A stretch of 64,000 nt of DNA from Nitrosopumilaceae archaeon (GCA_965200155.1 CBDATR010000024.1:224001-288000); one strand, 5' to 3'; positions 41,178-51,675 are shown, numbered from the stretch's first letter. The notes: generated from the letters alone by a model not told the origin. Numbers and translations: made by a program.

Positions 41178-42322
41178 TATACATGGATAATGCGGCGACC
41201 ACCGTAATACGATCAGAGGTATTACAGACAATGTTGCCGTTTATGCACGAACGGTTGGGCAATCCATCATCCATACACAGAGAGGGTCGCCTAGCGCGCA
41301 AAGCCATAGAGCGTGCACGCGGGCAGGTAGCTGACATGATTAATGTGGACCCTTCCGAAATTGTATTCACGTCAGGCGGTACTGAGTCCAACAACATGGC
41401 CATACGAGGAGCCGCAAGGAGTCATCCGGGAGGACACATAATAACTACAAAAATAGAGCACGATTCAATTCTGAGCCCATGCAAACACCTAGAGAGGGAC
41501 CATACCGTAACATATCTTGAACCAGACACACACGGTAAAATAAGCCCGGAATCATTGATATCGGCCATCACAGATGACACCTGGCTGGTCAGCATAATGA
41601 CCGCTAATAATGAAGTAGGGACAATTCAGTCCATTATACCGCTGGTTCAAGCATGCAAAACGCGCTCCATACTATTCCACACAGACATGGTCCAGGCCGC
41701 AGGAAAGATACCCACAGATGTCCGGAAGATTGGAGTGGATATGGCATCCATATCCGCCCACAAAATAGGCGGTCCAAAAGGGGCGGGTGCGCTGTACGCA
41801 AGGAAGGGCATTCTAGACCCCATTCTACATGGCGGAGGGCAGGAGAGAGGACTGCGTTCAGGAACAGAGAATGTACCAGGCATAGTGGGCTTTGGGGAGG
41901 CATGCAGACTGGCCAAGGCAGAGATAACAGTAAATGAGGACAAGATCAAGCGCCTGCGGGACGATCTTGTACGCAAGATAACCGCAACAATACCGCATGT
42001 AGTACTTAATGGCCATCCTGTATCTAGGCTGCCGGGAAATGCCAATCTTGCATTTCTAGGCGTAAATGGCGAGGATCTCATAATAAAGCTGGACGAGTAC
42101 AATATTGCCGCTTCCACAGGTTCTGCCTGTTCTGTTCACAGGCAAAAAGAGTCCCACGTACTCAGAGCCATGGGTCTGTCTCAGGAAATAATATCCAGCT
42201 CCCTAAGACTTACGTTGGGGCCAGATAATAATGAAAAAGAGGTAGACGCTGTTGTGTCCGCACTGCGCATAATAGTGCCGGAACTGCGTGCCGTCTCCCC
42301 ACTTAGATCAAAATATGGCTAG
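41174..42322 (+). CDS. iscS: cysteine desulfurase (IscS/NifS)
   Basis: YMDNAATT, GNPSS, FTSGGTESNN, SAHKIGGPKG, TGSAC; likely TTG start overlapping the larE stop. Confidence 0.93.
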   Translation: MIYMDNAATTVIRSEVLQTMLPFMHERLGNPSSIHREGRLARKAIERARGQVADMINVDPSEIVFTSGGTESNNMAIRGAARSHPGGHIITTKIEHDSILSPCKHLERDHTVTYLEPDTHGKISPESLISAITDDTWLVSIMTANNEVGTIQSIIPLVQACKTRSILFHTDMVQAAGKIPTDVRKIGVDMASISAHKIGGPKGAGALYARKGILDPILHGGGQERGLRSGTENVPGIVGFGEACRLAKAEITVNEDKIKRLRDDLVRKITATIPHVVLNGHPVSRLPGNANLAFLGVNGEDLIIKLDEYNIAASTGSACSVHRQKESHVLRAMGLSQEIISSSLRLTLGPDNNEKEVDAVVSALRIIVPELRAVSPLRSKYG

Positions 42323-43095
42323 GCTGTCAGTGTTGTACGCCACCCATATCTCACGGCCAACGTGGCAATTGTTGCCACGGTCATAATTAGCAACACCGTA
42401 CCGAACTCTGGCACCACCATTGTTCCGATTATCATGATTTCGCTGGCCCCCTGTGGGAACTGCACAGTCAGTCTTCGCACCTCACTTCCCCCATCATCGA
42501 TATGTGGAACAGGCAAATTATCTACCAATACAATGTAATCAACATCAACCCCATCATGGGAAGCATCAATATACTCCCGCGGAAGGTCAAGCACCAAGTC
42601 TCCATTTTCTTCGGCGTCAATGGATATGCGCAATGCCAGATTCTCCTGGTCCACTACAATATTTTGCACTGCTCCACCCCATATGGCATACTCAACATCA
42701 AACGTCCCGCCACCATCAGGAACCTCGAACAAAAGCAAGTCATCATCAGTCACGCCACTGGCCACAAAGTCAAATGTGAGCGCCTGACTGCTCTCGCCAT
42801 ACCGAAGCAATATTGTATACTGACCGCTCTCGCTCCACTGGTCACCATTTGTATTAACTATGTACGTATATGTTCCATCCTGAGATACGGGAAACTGATC
42901 TATCTGGACTACGCTACTTTCGGTCTGTACCTTTAGGGTAATCTGCTGATTCGGAAGCGGCGTTACAGTTCCATACACCACCACGAGGTCCCCAAACCGG
43001 TACAGGCCAGCATCGGTATTTACTGTCATGTAATCAGATTGTGCAAATGCTACAGGCAGTGACAGCAATACCAAAGCTGGAAGATACTTTAGCAC
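42319..43095 (-). CDS. PEFG-CTERM surface protein
   Basis: Signal peptide; C-terminal VVPEFG, TM helix and basic tail. Confidence 0.88.
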   Translation of the reverse strand: MLKYLPALVLLSLPVAFAQSDYMTVNTDAGLYRFGDLVVVYGTVTPLPNQQITLKVQTESSVVQIDQFPVSQDGTYTYIVNTNGDQWSESGQYTILLRYGESSQALTFDFVASGVTDDDLLLFEVPDGGGTFDVEYAIWGGAVQNIVVDQENLALRISIDAEENGDLVLDLPREYIDASHDGVDVDYIVLVDNLPVPHIDDGGSEVRRLTVQFPQGASEIMIIGTMVVPEFGTVLLIMTVATIATLAVRYGWRTTLTA

Positions 43096-43207
43096 GTTAC
43101 TGTGCCCCCAAATAGGTATTATAACATTCCCAACAATTTGTACGTCCCAAAAGCATGACTAGTAACACCTAGAGACATGGTATCCAAAAATCTTAATAAA
43201 GCAAGCT

Positions 43208-44044
43208 CTAAAATCTCGGAACCGAGATCAGGCCAGATTTTGCAGTTATAGCCACCATGGAGATTATAGCAACCCCCAGTATCAGGGCGGTCATAACCCC
43301 AAACTCTGGTACAACATATGTAGCTAGTATCTCTATGCTACCAGAACCGGCAGGGAACATTACCTCTACCATCTGACCATTAATGTAGACATCATTGTGT
43401 TCTTCACCGTCCACAAGAATCAAGAATATATCAGATACTATATCTACAGGAAACTCTACTGCAAGCATACCATCGCTATCGGCAGACACTTCTATCATGA
43501 TAGAACTGTTATCTGTAATGTATGCATCAGTAATGCTACCACCGGCGATATCGTACATGATGCAAGTCTCCTCCAGATATAACATGGACGGACCGCATAC
43601 AGGTAGATCACCTAGTGCTTCAGACAAGGTAAACTGGACTTTGTTATTTCTATGGGGTTCACCGTATTGAACTTCAACACTGTACAGACCTTCCATGGTC
43701 CATGATGCGGAGGAGAGCAGGACCTCAAAATCTCCGTTGTCATCCACATCCACCTGATTCACAAGTGCAACGTTACCCAATGGGTCTATAACCTGTAGTA
43801 GAATTGGATATTCTGGCATTATATTGGCAACATGACCTGTCAGAACCAGCACATCACCCATGTTATAGGCATCATCATCCAACCATGCCGAGACCGGTAC
43901 GGAGGAGAGCAGCTCTTCATTAGCCATCTCCCAAGGATCTCCAACACATGTTGGGCATGGAGGATACTGTGCAAAGGCAGAGACGGGCCACAATACAGCA
44001 ACAGTAGCAGCCACAGCAAGTAAGGAAAGTGTTTTAATCTTCAT
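43208..44044 (-). CDS. PEFG-CTERM surface protein
   Basis: Signal peptide, CPTC, VVPEFG and TM helix. Confidence 0.88.
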   Translation of the reverse strand: MKIKTLSLLAVAATVAVLWPVSAFAQYPPCPTCVGDPWEMANEELLSSVPVSAWLDDDAYNMGDVLVLTGHVANIMPEYPILLQVIDPLGNVALVNQVDVDDNGDFEVLLSSASWTMEGLYSVEVQYGEPHRNNKVQFTLSEALGDLPVCGPSMLYLEETCIMYDIAGGSITDAYITDNSSIMIEVSADSDGMLAVEFPVDIVSDIFLILVDGEEHNDVYINGQMVEVMFPAGSGSIEILATYVVPEFGVMTALILGVAIISMVAITAKSGLISVPRF

Positions 44045-44091
44045 GAAATTAGTAAACTTGGTCTCTATTTATGTTTAGAGTACACCAGATA

Positions 44092-44931
44092 CTAGAATCT
44101 TGGTGCCAAACTCAGTCTAGACCTAGCAGAGAGAGTCACTATGGCAATGATAGACACTGCCAGAATCAACGCCGCTATTGTGCCAAACTCGGGCACTACC
44201 AAACCATCCTCAATGCCCACAGTCACACTGGTACTATAGTCAGAAATGTCCTGCTCAGCAGTTACAGTGTACATACCATCCTGAGACCACATGGGACCGC
44301 CAATTACTATATCCGCGGAGAAGAGGCCGTCTGATGAACTCACATCTATCTGGCTCACAGAGACAACTTTACCATTGGGCGCAGTTACAGTCAGAGTCAC
44401 ATCTTGGTTAGTGGTGTCAGTCTGGCCGCTAATGTATATTGTATCTGAGCCTTCCATGGCATCAGCAACCAAGTCTATTGAACCGCCCATAAACAACTCT
44501 GTACCTACTGCAGAGAATGAACGCTCAAAGTTGGACTCTATGGCAAGGGTATCCATTGCGACACCATCAACCACATTTACCTTTACCTCAAGTTCATACA
44601 AATCAGAGTTGCCTTGATTTGCTATTATAGTATAATCACCATCCTCTGTAAGTCCGGACACGTTAAAGTTGGTGGAATAAGTGCCATCTTCGGCAGGTAA
44701 CAATTGGTCTATCTTTACCAAATTGTTAAGAGGAGACCAGATTTGTATCTGTATTGTTTCCTGTTTTACCGTATTACCACTTATCAATACTATATCCGAA
44801 CTTGAGCTAGCCACGGCCTGAATATCCATGCCATGATCAGTGGGGAGTATCTCGGCCCATGCATTCACAGAAGCACCAAATGTCAGAACCGCCAATGTAG
44901 CAACAGCAGTAATTGAGCCTTTACTATACAT
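44092..44931 (-). CDS. PEFG-CTERM surface protein with two Ig-like repeats
   Basis: Two internal repeats (ISG..SP/APNG..Q..DG.YT); VVPEFG and TM helix. Confidence 0.88.
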   Translation of the reverse strand: MYSKGSITAVATLAVLTFGASVNAWAEILPTDHGMDIQAVASSSSDIVLISGNTVKQETIQIQIWSPLNNLVKIDQLLPAEDGTYSTNFNVSGLTEDGDYTIIANQGNSDLYELEVKVNVVDGVAMDTLAIESNFERSFSAVGTELFMGGSIDLVADAMEGSDTIYISGQTDTTNQDVTLTVTAPNGKVVSVSQIDVSSSDGLFSADIVIGGPMWSQDGMYTVTAEQDISDYSTSVTVGIEDGLVVPEFGTIAALILAVSIIAIVTLSARSRLSLAPRF

Positions 44932-45057
44932 AACATTGTTGACACAGGTTGTTCTATTTATGTATTTGAATTAGAACAAAGTGCTTGTGATATTCTGTTA
45001 CACCTGGCCATAATGATAGTTCGTTACCGGGTCTGAATGAAGCATAACAGAACCCGA

Positions 45058-46251
45058 CTATAATGCCTCATACGTCTCACGCCACTTGTGGTATGCCATG
45101 ACCATATCCTGAGAGACGCTGGGTTTACGACGGGTCATTATCTGCCGGAAGTCATTCATGGTGAGATCCCGAGGTTTTTGGGGCTCCTCCCCCTCGACTG
45201 GCTTTCTATAGTCTGGAGAGTTGAACAGTTCATGTACTATCTTTAGTTGTGCGCCTTGGCATACGTCGCGTATATCACTGGCGCTGTATCCGTCAAACAG
45301 TTTGGCCAGCTCCGCCGGTTTTACCGTTTTGTCTGTATGCAGATCAGCGATATACTGAGTGAATAAAGCCTCACGTGCTTCCAAAGAAGGTAATGCCACA
45401 TAGATTCTCTTTTGAAATCGCCTAAGAAATGGCCAGTCCAGTGACCAAGGCTTGTTGGTAGCCCCAATCACATACATCATGAGGTCCTTGCCCTTGCCAG
45501 ACACACCGTCCATCTCGGTTAGGAACTGGTTTCGTGTCCTGACCTCGCCGCCCACTTCGCTTCTCCTAGATCCCAGTAGCGAGTCCACTTCGTCTACAAA
45601 TAGTATTACCGGTTTACTCTCGCGCTCGGCATGGCTTCGTGCAATCTTGAATATTTTAGACACATTTTTCTCTGCCTCGCCCAGCCACTTACTCATCATT
45701 GATGATGCATCGACATTGATAAAGTAGCCATCCATCTCGCTGGCTGTGGCCGCCGCCAGCATAGTCTTGCCAGTCCCAGGCGGCCCATATAGTAACATAC
45801 CCTTGGGCCAGCCTAGAGGGAAGAGGTCAGGCCTCTCGGTGGGATATATTATAGATTCACGCAGTGCGCTTTTGGCATCTTCAAGGCCTATAACCTCTTT
45901 CCAGCTGACATTGGGCTTCTCCCTCATCACCAGCTCCTCAAAGTCGTTCTCTTCTTCCTGCTGCTTGATTATGTCATCCTGCTCTTTCTTGGGAGTATTG
46001 GTATCTGCTACCGGTTCCAAATTTCGCCCATCCCGAAGTAGCTCAATGCGCTTGCGGTACGACTTGCATCGAGACTGGTATATGGGATTGAGTTTGCTTT
46101 TGGGGTAGAGACTCAATAGCTTAACGAGTGTATCTATTGCCATTTGATAGTTAGTGATGGCCATCCCCCGTGCCCCATGGGAGTCAAAGCGTATAGCATC
46201 AGTGGCGTATTTGCTGGCATTATTCTCTAATTCTTGTGGTGCACTACTCAT
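45058..46251 (-). CDS. cdvC: Vps4/CdvC AAA ATPase (MIT plus AAA domains)
   Basis: MIT-like N-terminus, GPPGTGKT, SKWLGEAEK, FVDEVD, RRFQKRIY. Confidence 0.9.
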   Translation of the reverse strand: MSSAPQELENNASKYATDAIRFDSHGARGMAITNYQMAIDTLVKLLSLYPKSKLNPIYQSRCKSYRKRIELLRDGRNLEPVADTNTPKKEQDDIIKQQEEENDFEELVMREKPNVSWKEVIGLEDAKSALRESIIYPTERPDLFPLGWPKGMLLYGPPGTGKTMLAAATASEMDGYFINVDASSMMSKWLGEAEKNVSKIFKIARSHAERESKPVILFVDEVDSLLGSRRSEVGGEVRTRNQFLTEMDGVSGKGKDLMMYVIGATNKPWSLDWPFLRRFQKRIYVALPSLEAREALFTQYIADLHTDKTVKPAELAKLFDGYSASDIRDVCQGAQLKIVHELFNSPDYRKPVEGEEPQKPRDLTMNDFRQIMTRRKPSVSQDMVMAYHKWRETYEAL

Positions 46252-46715
46252 GCTCGCCCGCCTCCGAGAGTTGTCACACAAATGTCATCAACCCGGTCAC
46301 ACACAGATGTCTGTTCCAAGATACTCTGGACCTGTAGGCGATCCGCTGCATTAGACTGGGCATGAGTCATAAGGCGGGTGTTCTGTATTTGGTTGCACGA
46401 TAACTTGGACTGAGACAGAAGTTCATCCACCTCCCCATCAAGGATATCAATGCCCAGACTCGTCTCTCGCATTAGATTTCCCACCTCAGACATTATTGCG
46501 TACAGATCACGCTTTTCCCTATACTTGTCAAGCATGCACTCCAGCAAAAACAGAACCCGAGACGTATCTTCAAGTTCTGTGGTATCCATATCTTCTGCCA
46601 TTTTTGGTATCTTGTCAAGTTTCTTGTTTACGCGCCTGCGTATGGTACGTATGTATTCCACGCTGTGTTCTATATCCGTTGATGCAAAGGGAATATTCGT
46701 CACTAATGGATAATG
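46248..46715 (-). CDS. helical hypothetical protein coupled to cdvC
   Basis: 3' part of ORF 46248-47108 (the 5' part lies in the tnpB element); stop overlaps the cdvC start; start uncertain. Confidence 0.5.
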   Translation of the reverse strand, partial: HYPLVTNIPFASTDIEHSVEYIRTIRRRVNKKLDKIPKMAEDMDTTELEDTSRVLFLLECMLDKYREKRDLYAIMSEVGNLMRETSLGIDILDGEVDELLSQSKLSCNQIQNTRLMTHAQSNAADRLQVQSILEQTSVCDRVDDICVTTLGGGRA

Positions 46716-46782
46716 TAGAATTAGTATTTGAATACTAGGTATGAATCCACCTGTCCACACTGGGCCATTAATTATAGTGGCC

Positions 46783-48230
46783 ATAGCTGTCACCATAAGT
46801 CTTTGAGAACATGGCACCTCGTTCCTGTACAGTACACGGGTTTGGCTTGTCACCATTATTCCCGCCCTGACGCCTCCGGTTGAGTGGGGAACGGTTCCCC
46901 GTCCCGGACGACACGCTCTGCCACTCCTACAGGGAAACCGGTTACTAAACGCCGCGTTGATATCGGCGTGAAATTCCTGGTTACATATTGAATGTGTCCC
47001 TAGTTGATCGTGACTTGTTGCCAACGTGTCCACACACGTGATAGGTCTGGCTCGTTGGGCGGGTAAACCACCCCCTCGTGTATTTCGCTGGCACAGCCGC
47101 CAATTCAATTCCTAGTGCCTCGCACTTTTGTACTACTTTCCGGCGGAACTCGCCTACCCGGTTCTCACGCATGGAGCGGTTCATTGTTCTTTTCCGGTTA
47201 CCACCATGACTGGTCATTCGCTTTCGGTGATAAATCCTCTAGTACTACCTTGCCTGCACCTTCAGTGACCGCGCGGACCATTCTATTCATGGAGTCGTTC
47301 GCGATATTATTCGCTTTCTGTCGTAGTTGAATGATTTTCTTCTCAATCTTTCGCTTCCTGCGCTTACCTTTTCGCGTTCTAATACTCTGGAGTGCGCCAA
47401 TCTCCCGTAATATGGAACGATGTCTCATGTGGTGAATCATCGTTCTGCCATTCGTGTCAGCTGTTACAGCTAGATGTTTCCCGCTGACATCCGCGCCGCA
47501 AACAACGCCGGTCTATGGTTTCTCCCGTATATTGATGTGAATCTCGAATTGACGCTCCCTACTATTGGTTACTCGTTCCACTATCCTGAATGAGCGCATG
47601 TCCCGGGAATGATCGATTGGTTTGGTTGTTCTCACCACACCAAAACCGCACAGGTTCAACTCGAACTCACCGCGACGGATTGGTGGTCTTACACATGATA
47701 GTATGATCTGTCACGCCGGTGTGGTATGTAATTAGAATGATCCTCGTACGCGCGCCTGCACGTGACAGACGCCTGTAGTATGGCACCCCAGCCATAGTTA
47801 GCTTGTAACTCACGCACCCATTCAATATCACGGCGCCACTTTGTCAATTCCAGGAACAAACAATTCTTGTTGGACGGGTAAACCGTCCCCTGATAGCCGT
47901 TCTAGAACGCGGTAGCTGATTCACGTAAAGTGGATCATCCTTCTCAAGATTGTATGGTGACTTGGCGGACTCGTTCTTATTCTTCACCTTGGCCGGATCA
48001 TGTTTCAATTCTAGAGTGGTTCCGGGTATGTAGTAATCACCAAGACTGATCTCGGATACCGCCCTGTCATACACGTAATCGGACGTGTGACCGAATATCT
48101 TGGTGCGCCGGGAAAACTCCTTATTAGTTTTCAACAGTATAATGACGGTCCGGGTTATGCCGCCCACCATCTGCTGATTCTATAAAAGTACGGTCCCATA
48201 CCCGGCAAAGACTTATGGTGGGCGCTATAC
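46783..48230 (-). mobile_element. tnpB: TIR-bounded tnpB pseudo-element C (full length, frameshifted)
   Basis: VVLEDL, KYT[RGWFTRPT]SQTYHVCG, HADINAA; inverted ends CACCATAAGTCTTTG / CAAAGACTTATGGTG. Confidence 0.87.
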
Positions 48231-48382
48231 AAATCGCCGCGCCCAATGCGGTCATGTTATAACACATTCAAGGTACGAATTAGTCCATCCCCACATTTCA
48301 CGTACGGTAATGACTAGTGCAGTTTGTGCCCAACATTAGTTAATACACAAAACCCATACGACGTAGGGACATGCTTTTGGAG

Positions 48383-48826
48383 TCACCGGTAGGGTACCAG
48401 GGAGGTCTGTCTTATTCGCCCCGAGGTATTTACCGATACGCCAGATATTATGGCCGAATCAAGAGTCATACTCCCCATATGTACGGCCAACTCACACAAA
48501 TTATTACTGCATGATGGCAGGGTGATAGCAAGTCTGGCACTCGCGGCGCGTATAACAGGAATTATTGGAGGGAATGTTAACGGGATTGCAGCCATGGATG
48601 ATACTGCCCTTGTGCGCTCACGCACTTCAAAGATAGCCTCGAGACAGAACCGCAGGTCCTGACCCTTTACGGTGGAATTCTTGTCAAGCTCGCACTGCAA
48701 CATATCCAATGTATCATTTATGAGGTGCATACAGTAAGATAGTCGCGGGGCAAGAGCAACCGAATGAATGGCTGTCTGTTTCATGAAACGAGAGTAACTT
48801 GTGAGGTTATTAGCCAAATGTAACAA
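48383..48826 (-). CDS. hypothetical protein, possibly a divergent CdvB/ESCRT-III (Snf7-like) paralog
   Basis: Helical pattern LEAI..R...PIIPVIR...P...L.EL...G; near cdvC. Judged by eye only. Confidence 0.4.
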   Translation of the reverse strand: MLHLANNLTSYSRFMKQTAIHSVALAPRLSYCMHLINDTLDMLQCELDKNSTVKGQDLRFCLEAIFEVRERTRAVSSMAAIPLTFPPIIPVIRAASARLAITLPSCSNNLCELAVHMGSMTLDSAIISGVSVNTSGRIRQTSLVPYR

Positions 48827-48871
48827 GAGATGTATTAACCACAGTTACATATACGCGGGATACAAAAACAC

Positions 48872-50029
48872 ATGTGGTTTTATAGAGATATAGTAGGTGT
48901 TGTTGTGGAATATGACAATTCGCTGGTTGTAAGTCTTGAAGAGTTTGGTTTAAGCCAGTACGAGGCTCGCGCCTACTTTGCCATGGTCTCCATGGGGCCT
49001 GTGGCAGCAACAGAGTTGGCATATAATTCCCAATTGCCGCGAACCAAGGTTTACTCGGTCTTACAGAAGTTAAAAAGGAAGAACTTGGCCACCATATCAA
49101 AATCAAAACCCATCATATGCACTGCAGTTCCGCCCGAAGAGGCATTTGATGATATTATTCACGAGCAGATAAACAAGGTCAACGCCATGAATACACTGGT
49201 TTCTGCACTAAAGACCGTTGGCGAAGAGAGTCGCAGAAAGCAGGGGACCGCCGAGAAGCATTACCGACACATAACACTAAGCAGGGCAGTGTCAGAGATA
49301 AAAGCAATCATAGACGGCTGTAAAAAATCTCTAAAGATATCCATGGGCATATTTGGGACAGAGCCTGTATTGGAGTGCCGCAAGGAGATAGCGGCCGCCA
49401 TGCACCGGGGGGTGGAGGTGTACCTTTTGGTTTCATCCAGCGAGCAGGGAGTGGAAAGAGGAGTACTGCCCGCATGCACACATGTGCGTATTGCAGATAA
49501 CATACCCAGCATGTTTATGGCAGATGGCGCAAGCGTGGTAGTGTTGGACGAGTCGGGCGGGGATGTCTTTACCACACATACATTGGGCTCTTGTATAGGT
49601 GCCTCGTTTGATGTACAGTGGAGTACTGGAATTGACGCAAGACATCTTCTTGACATGCCCCGGTATGAATGTGCGGAAGTGTATACCGCGCTGCGACAGA
49701 TACAGTCCCAGGGATTACTCTTTGTTCTGGAGAAATATATGGCCTCAAAGGAGCTTAACATGATACAACTGCTGGAGAAGGGAGGAATCCCCATTCACTC
49801 CAAGACAATCAACGACTTGGTGGAGATTGCCGATGCGTCACTACAGGCAGTATGCAATGGTTGTGCAATACTGGATATGGCAGGAGGCAGGATAATACTG
49901 GAATCTGCCCCGCACAATATGGTATGGGTCTTGGTACTGGAATCATACCTCAGGCATAAGGGATACAATATCCGTACAATATCCAACAGCAAGGGGACGC
50001 ATATACAGCTGGAAAAAAGTAAAAATTAG
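48872..50029 (+). CDS. TrmB family transcriptional regulator
   Basis: LEEFGLSQYEARAY, PRTKVYSVLQKL, AVPPEEA. Confidence 0.88.
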   Translation: MWFYRDIVGVVVEYDNSLVVSLEEFGLSQYEARAYFAMVSMGPVAATELAYNSQLPRTKVYSVLQKLKRKNLATISKSKPIICTAVPPEEAFDDIIHEQINKVNAMNTLVSALKTVGEESRRKQGTAEKHYRHITLSRAVSEIKAIIDGCKKSLKISMGIFGTEPVLECRKEIAAAMHRGVEVYLLVSSSEQGVERGVLPACTHVRIADNIPSMFMADGASVVVLDESGGDVFTTHTLGSCIGASFDVQWSTGIDARHLLDMPRYECAEVYTALRQIQSQGLLFVLEKYMASKELNMIQLLEKGGIPIHSKTINDLVEIADASLQAVCNGCAILDMAGGRIILESAPHNMVWVLVLESYLRHKGYNIRTISNSKGTHIQLEKSKN

Positions 50030-50049
50030 CCATTCTGCACTTTTATGCC

Positions 50050-50502
50050 GTGGTATACGAGAAGCTCTCGGAGATGGGAATAACATTACCCGATCCGCCT
50101 GCACCGGCAGGCGCATACATGGCCACATTAGCCGTGGGTTCGTTGGGCTTTGTCTCTGGCCAGATACCCATGCTTGACGGACATGTTCAGTATACCGGAA
50201 AGGTGTCTGATTCCAACATGAAAGAAGCGCAGGAGTCGGCAAGATTATGTGCCATAAACATACTGGCCCAGATAAACAAGAGATGGGGCCTTGATCGTGT
50301 GCAGAGAATAGTTCGACTGAGCGGTTTTGTAAACGCGGAGCCCGGTTTTGTAAAGCATCCACAGGTAATTGATTTTGCCTCAAACCTCATGTATGACATA
50401 TTTGGAGACCGCGGCAAGCACACACGAGTTGCAGTGGGAGTAAGTAGCCTGCCGCTGGACTCAATGACAGAGATAGATGGTACGATACAGATTCAGAGCT
50501 GA
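50050..50502 (+). CDS. RidA/YjgF family protein
   Basis: PAPAGAY, VSGQIP, GKHTRVAVGVSSLP. Confidence 0.92.
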   Translation: MVYEKLSEMGITLPDPPAPAGAYMATLAVGSLGFVSGQIPMLDGHVQYTGKVSDSNMKEAQESARLCAINILAQINKRWGLDRVQRIVRLSGFVNAEPGFVKHPQVIDFASNLMYDIFGDRGKHTRVAVGVSSLPLDSMTEIDGTIQIQS

Positions 50503-51488
50503 TCAAGCATACCGTTGAACTCTCGCAGGAATGAGCGCATCTTGTTCTTGGGTATAAGGGCGCCGCATGCACGATCATGTCCGCCACCGGACCCACCCAT
50601 GTTGGCTGCAAGAGTGTTCACCATACGACCCAAGTGTACCTCACATTTACGGGATCCGCGAATGGATACAGCATAGTTGTTATAATCGGCACGCTCCCTG
50701 TATGCTACACCAACCTTCTTGCCTGACAGGCCCAGGACAAAATTTACTGCGCCGCTGGCACCGGCGTCGGTTATTTCCATATGAGCAAGGTTTCTCATCT
50801 TTCTGTGATCGCGCTTAACCTTGTCCATAACGATGGCCAACCGTTCCACCTGTAGCCGGGCAGTGTCAAAGGCCCCCGGCATCTCGTGAGGGAATCTCAG
50901 CTCAGCAAGCTGTAATGCCAAGTTCAGAAGATACTCATCATCCTTCTGGTGCCCAACTATATTGTAGGTCAGTACCGTGGCGCTTATCAACGCGAACTGC
51001 CTGTCATATATCTGCAACAAATCCGAGGCCAGGGGCCGGTCATCCATGTAGTCGGTAATGGCAGAACATGCCGCGATAAAGGTGGATCCAAAAGGAAGTC
51101 TTCTCTTATACTTGTCATGAACCAGGACCGCGGTGCATTCATCAGTGCTGTGTATTACATTTACTTTCATCTGTAGAAGTCGCTGCATCGAGTCCGAGTC
51201 CAGGTCATGGTGATCAAAATACGTCACCCGAACATGGCGACGCCTTAGGCCCCCCAGGATGTCCAGGAATAGTTCTTTATTCTTCTTGCTCACGCCCAAG
51301 TCGCATATGTACAGTGACTTTAGAGTGAGATCCGCAGCTACATCAAGAAGAGCATTCATTTGGCCCACATAATCTACCAGTACAAGATCAGCCCCAAAGA
51401 CCTGCCGGATGAGAGCGGCGGACCCTATCCCGTCCATATCTTCCTTGTGCGAGATGCACACTATTCGGGTCTTTTTTACCGGTGCCAA
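50493..51488 (-). CDS. DHH/DHHA1 phosphoesterase
   Basis: HKEDMDG, ICDL, FDHH, GGGHDRACG. Confidence 0.9.
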   Translation of the reverse strand: MAPVKKTRIVCISHKEDMDGIGSAALIRQVFGADLVLVDYVGQMNALLDVAADLTLKSLYICDLGVSKKNKELFLDILGGLRRRHVRVTYFDHHDLDSDSMQRLLQMKVNVIHSTDECTAVLVHDKYKRRLPFGSTFIAACSAITDYMDDRPLASDLLQIYDRQFALISATVLTYNIVGHQKDDEYLLNLALQLAELRFPHEMPGAFDTARLQVERLAIVMDKVKRDHRKMRNLAHMEITDAGASGAVNFVLGLSGKKVGVAYRERADYNNYAVSIRGSRKCEVHLGRMVNTLAANMGGSGGGHDRACGALIPKNKMRSFLREFNGMLDQL

Positions 51489-51536
51489 TTGAATACGGCA
51501 GAAGGCGCCCTCATTTAAACTAGATTCGGGGCGTCA

Positions 51537-51675
51537 ATCATTTAGGTCATCTTTGGGCAACTGTGCAAAATACACCGCCAACATGTCTGTTCTTGCTTTT
51601 TCTATCATGGTGCCTCACACATACCCATGAATTTACCGTCTAGGTGTTTATCTTTAACGCGACCTAAACGGCTAC
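51537..51675. mobile_element. MITE family 2, degenerate left end
   Basis: Colinear with 31646-31787; ends GACCTAAACGGCTAC; flanks GGCGTCA. Confidence 0.8.

Noticed and set aside
46716-47108. N-terminal half of the 286-aa ORF as a fusion protein
   Set aside because: It is mostly tnpB-element sequence that happens to be in frame with the downstream gene.
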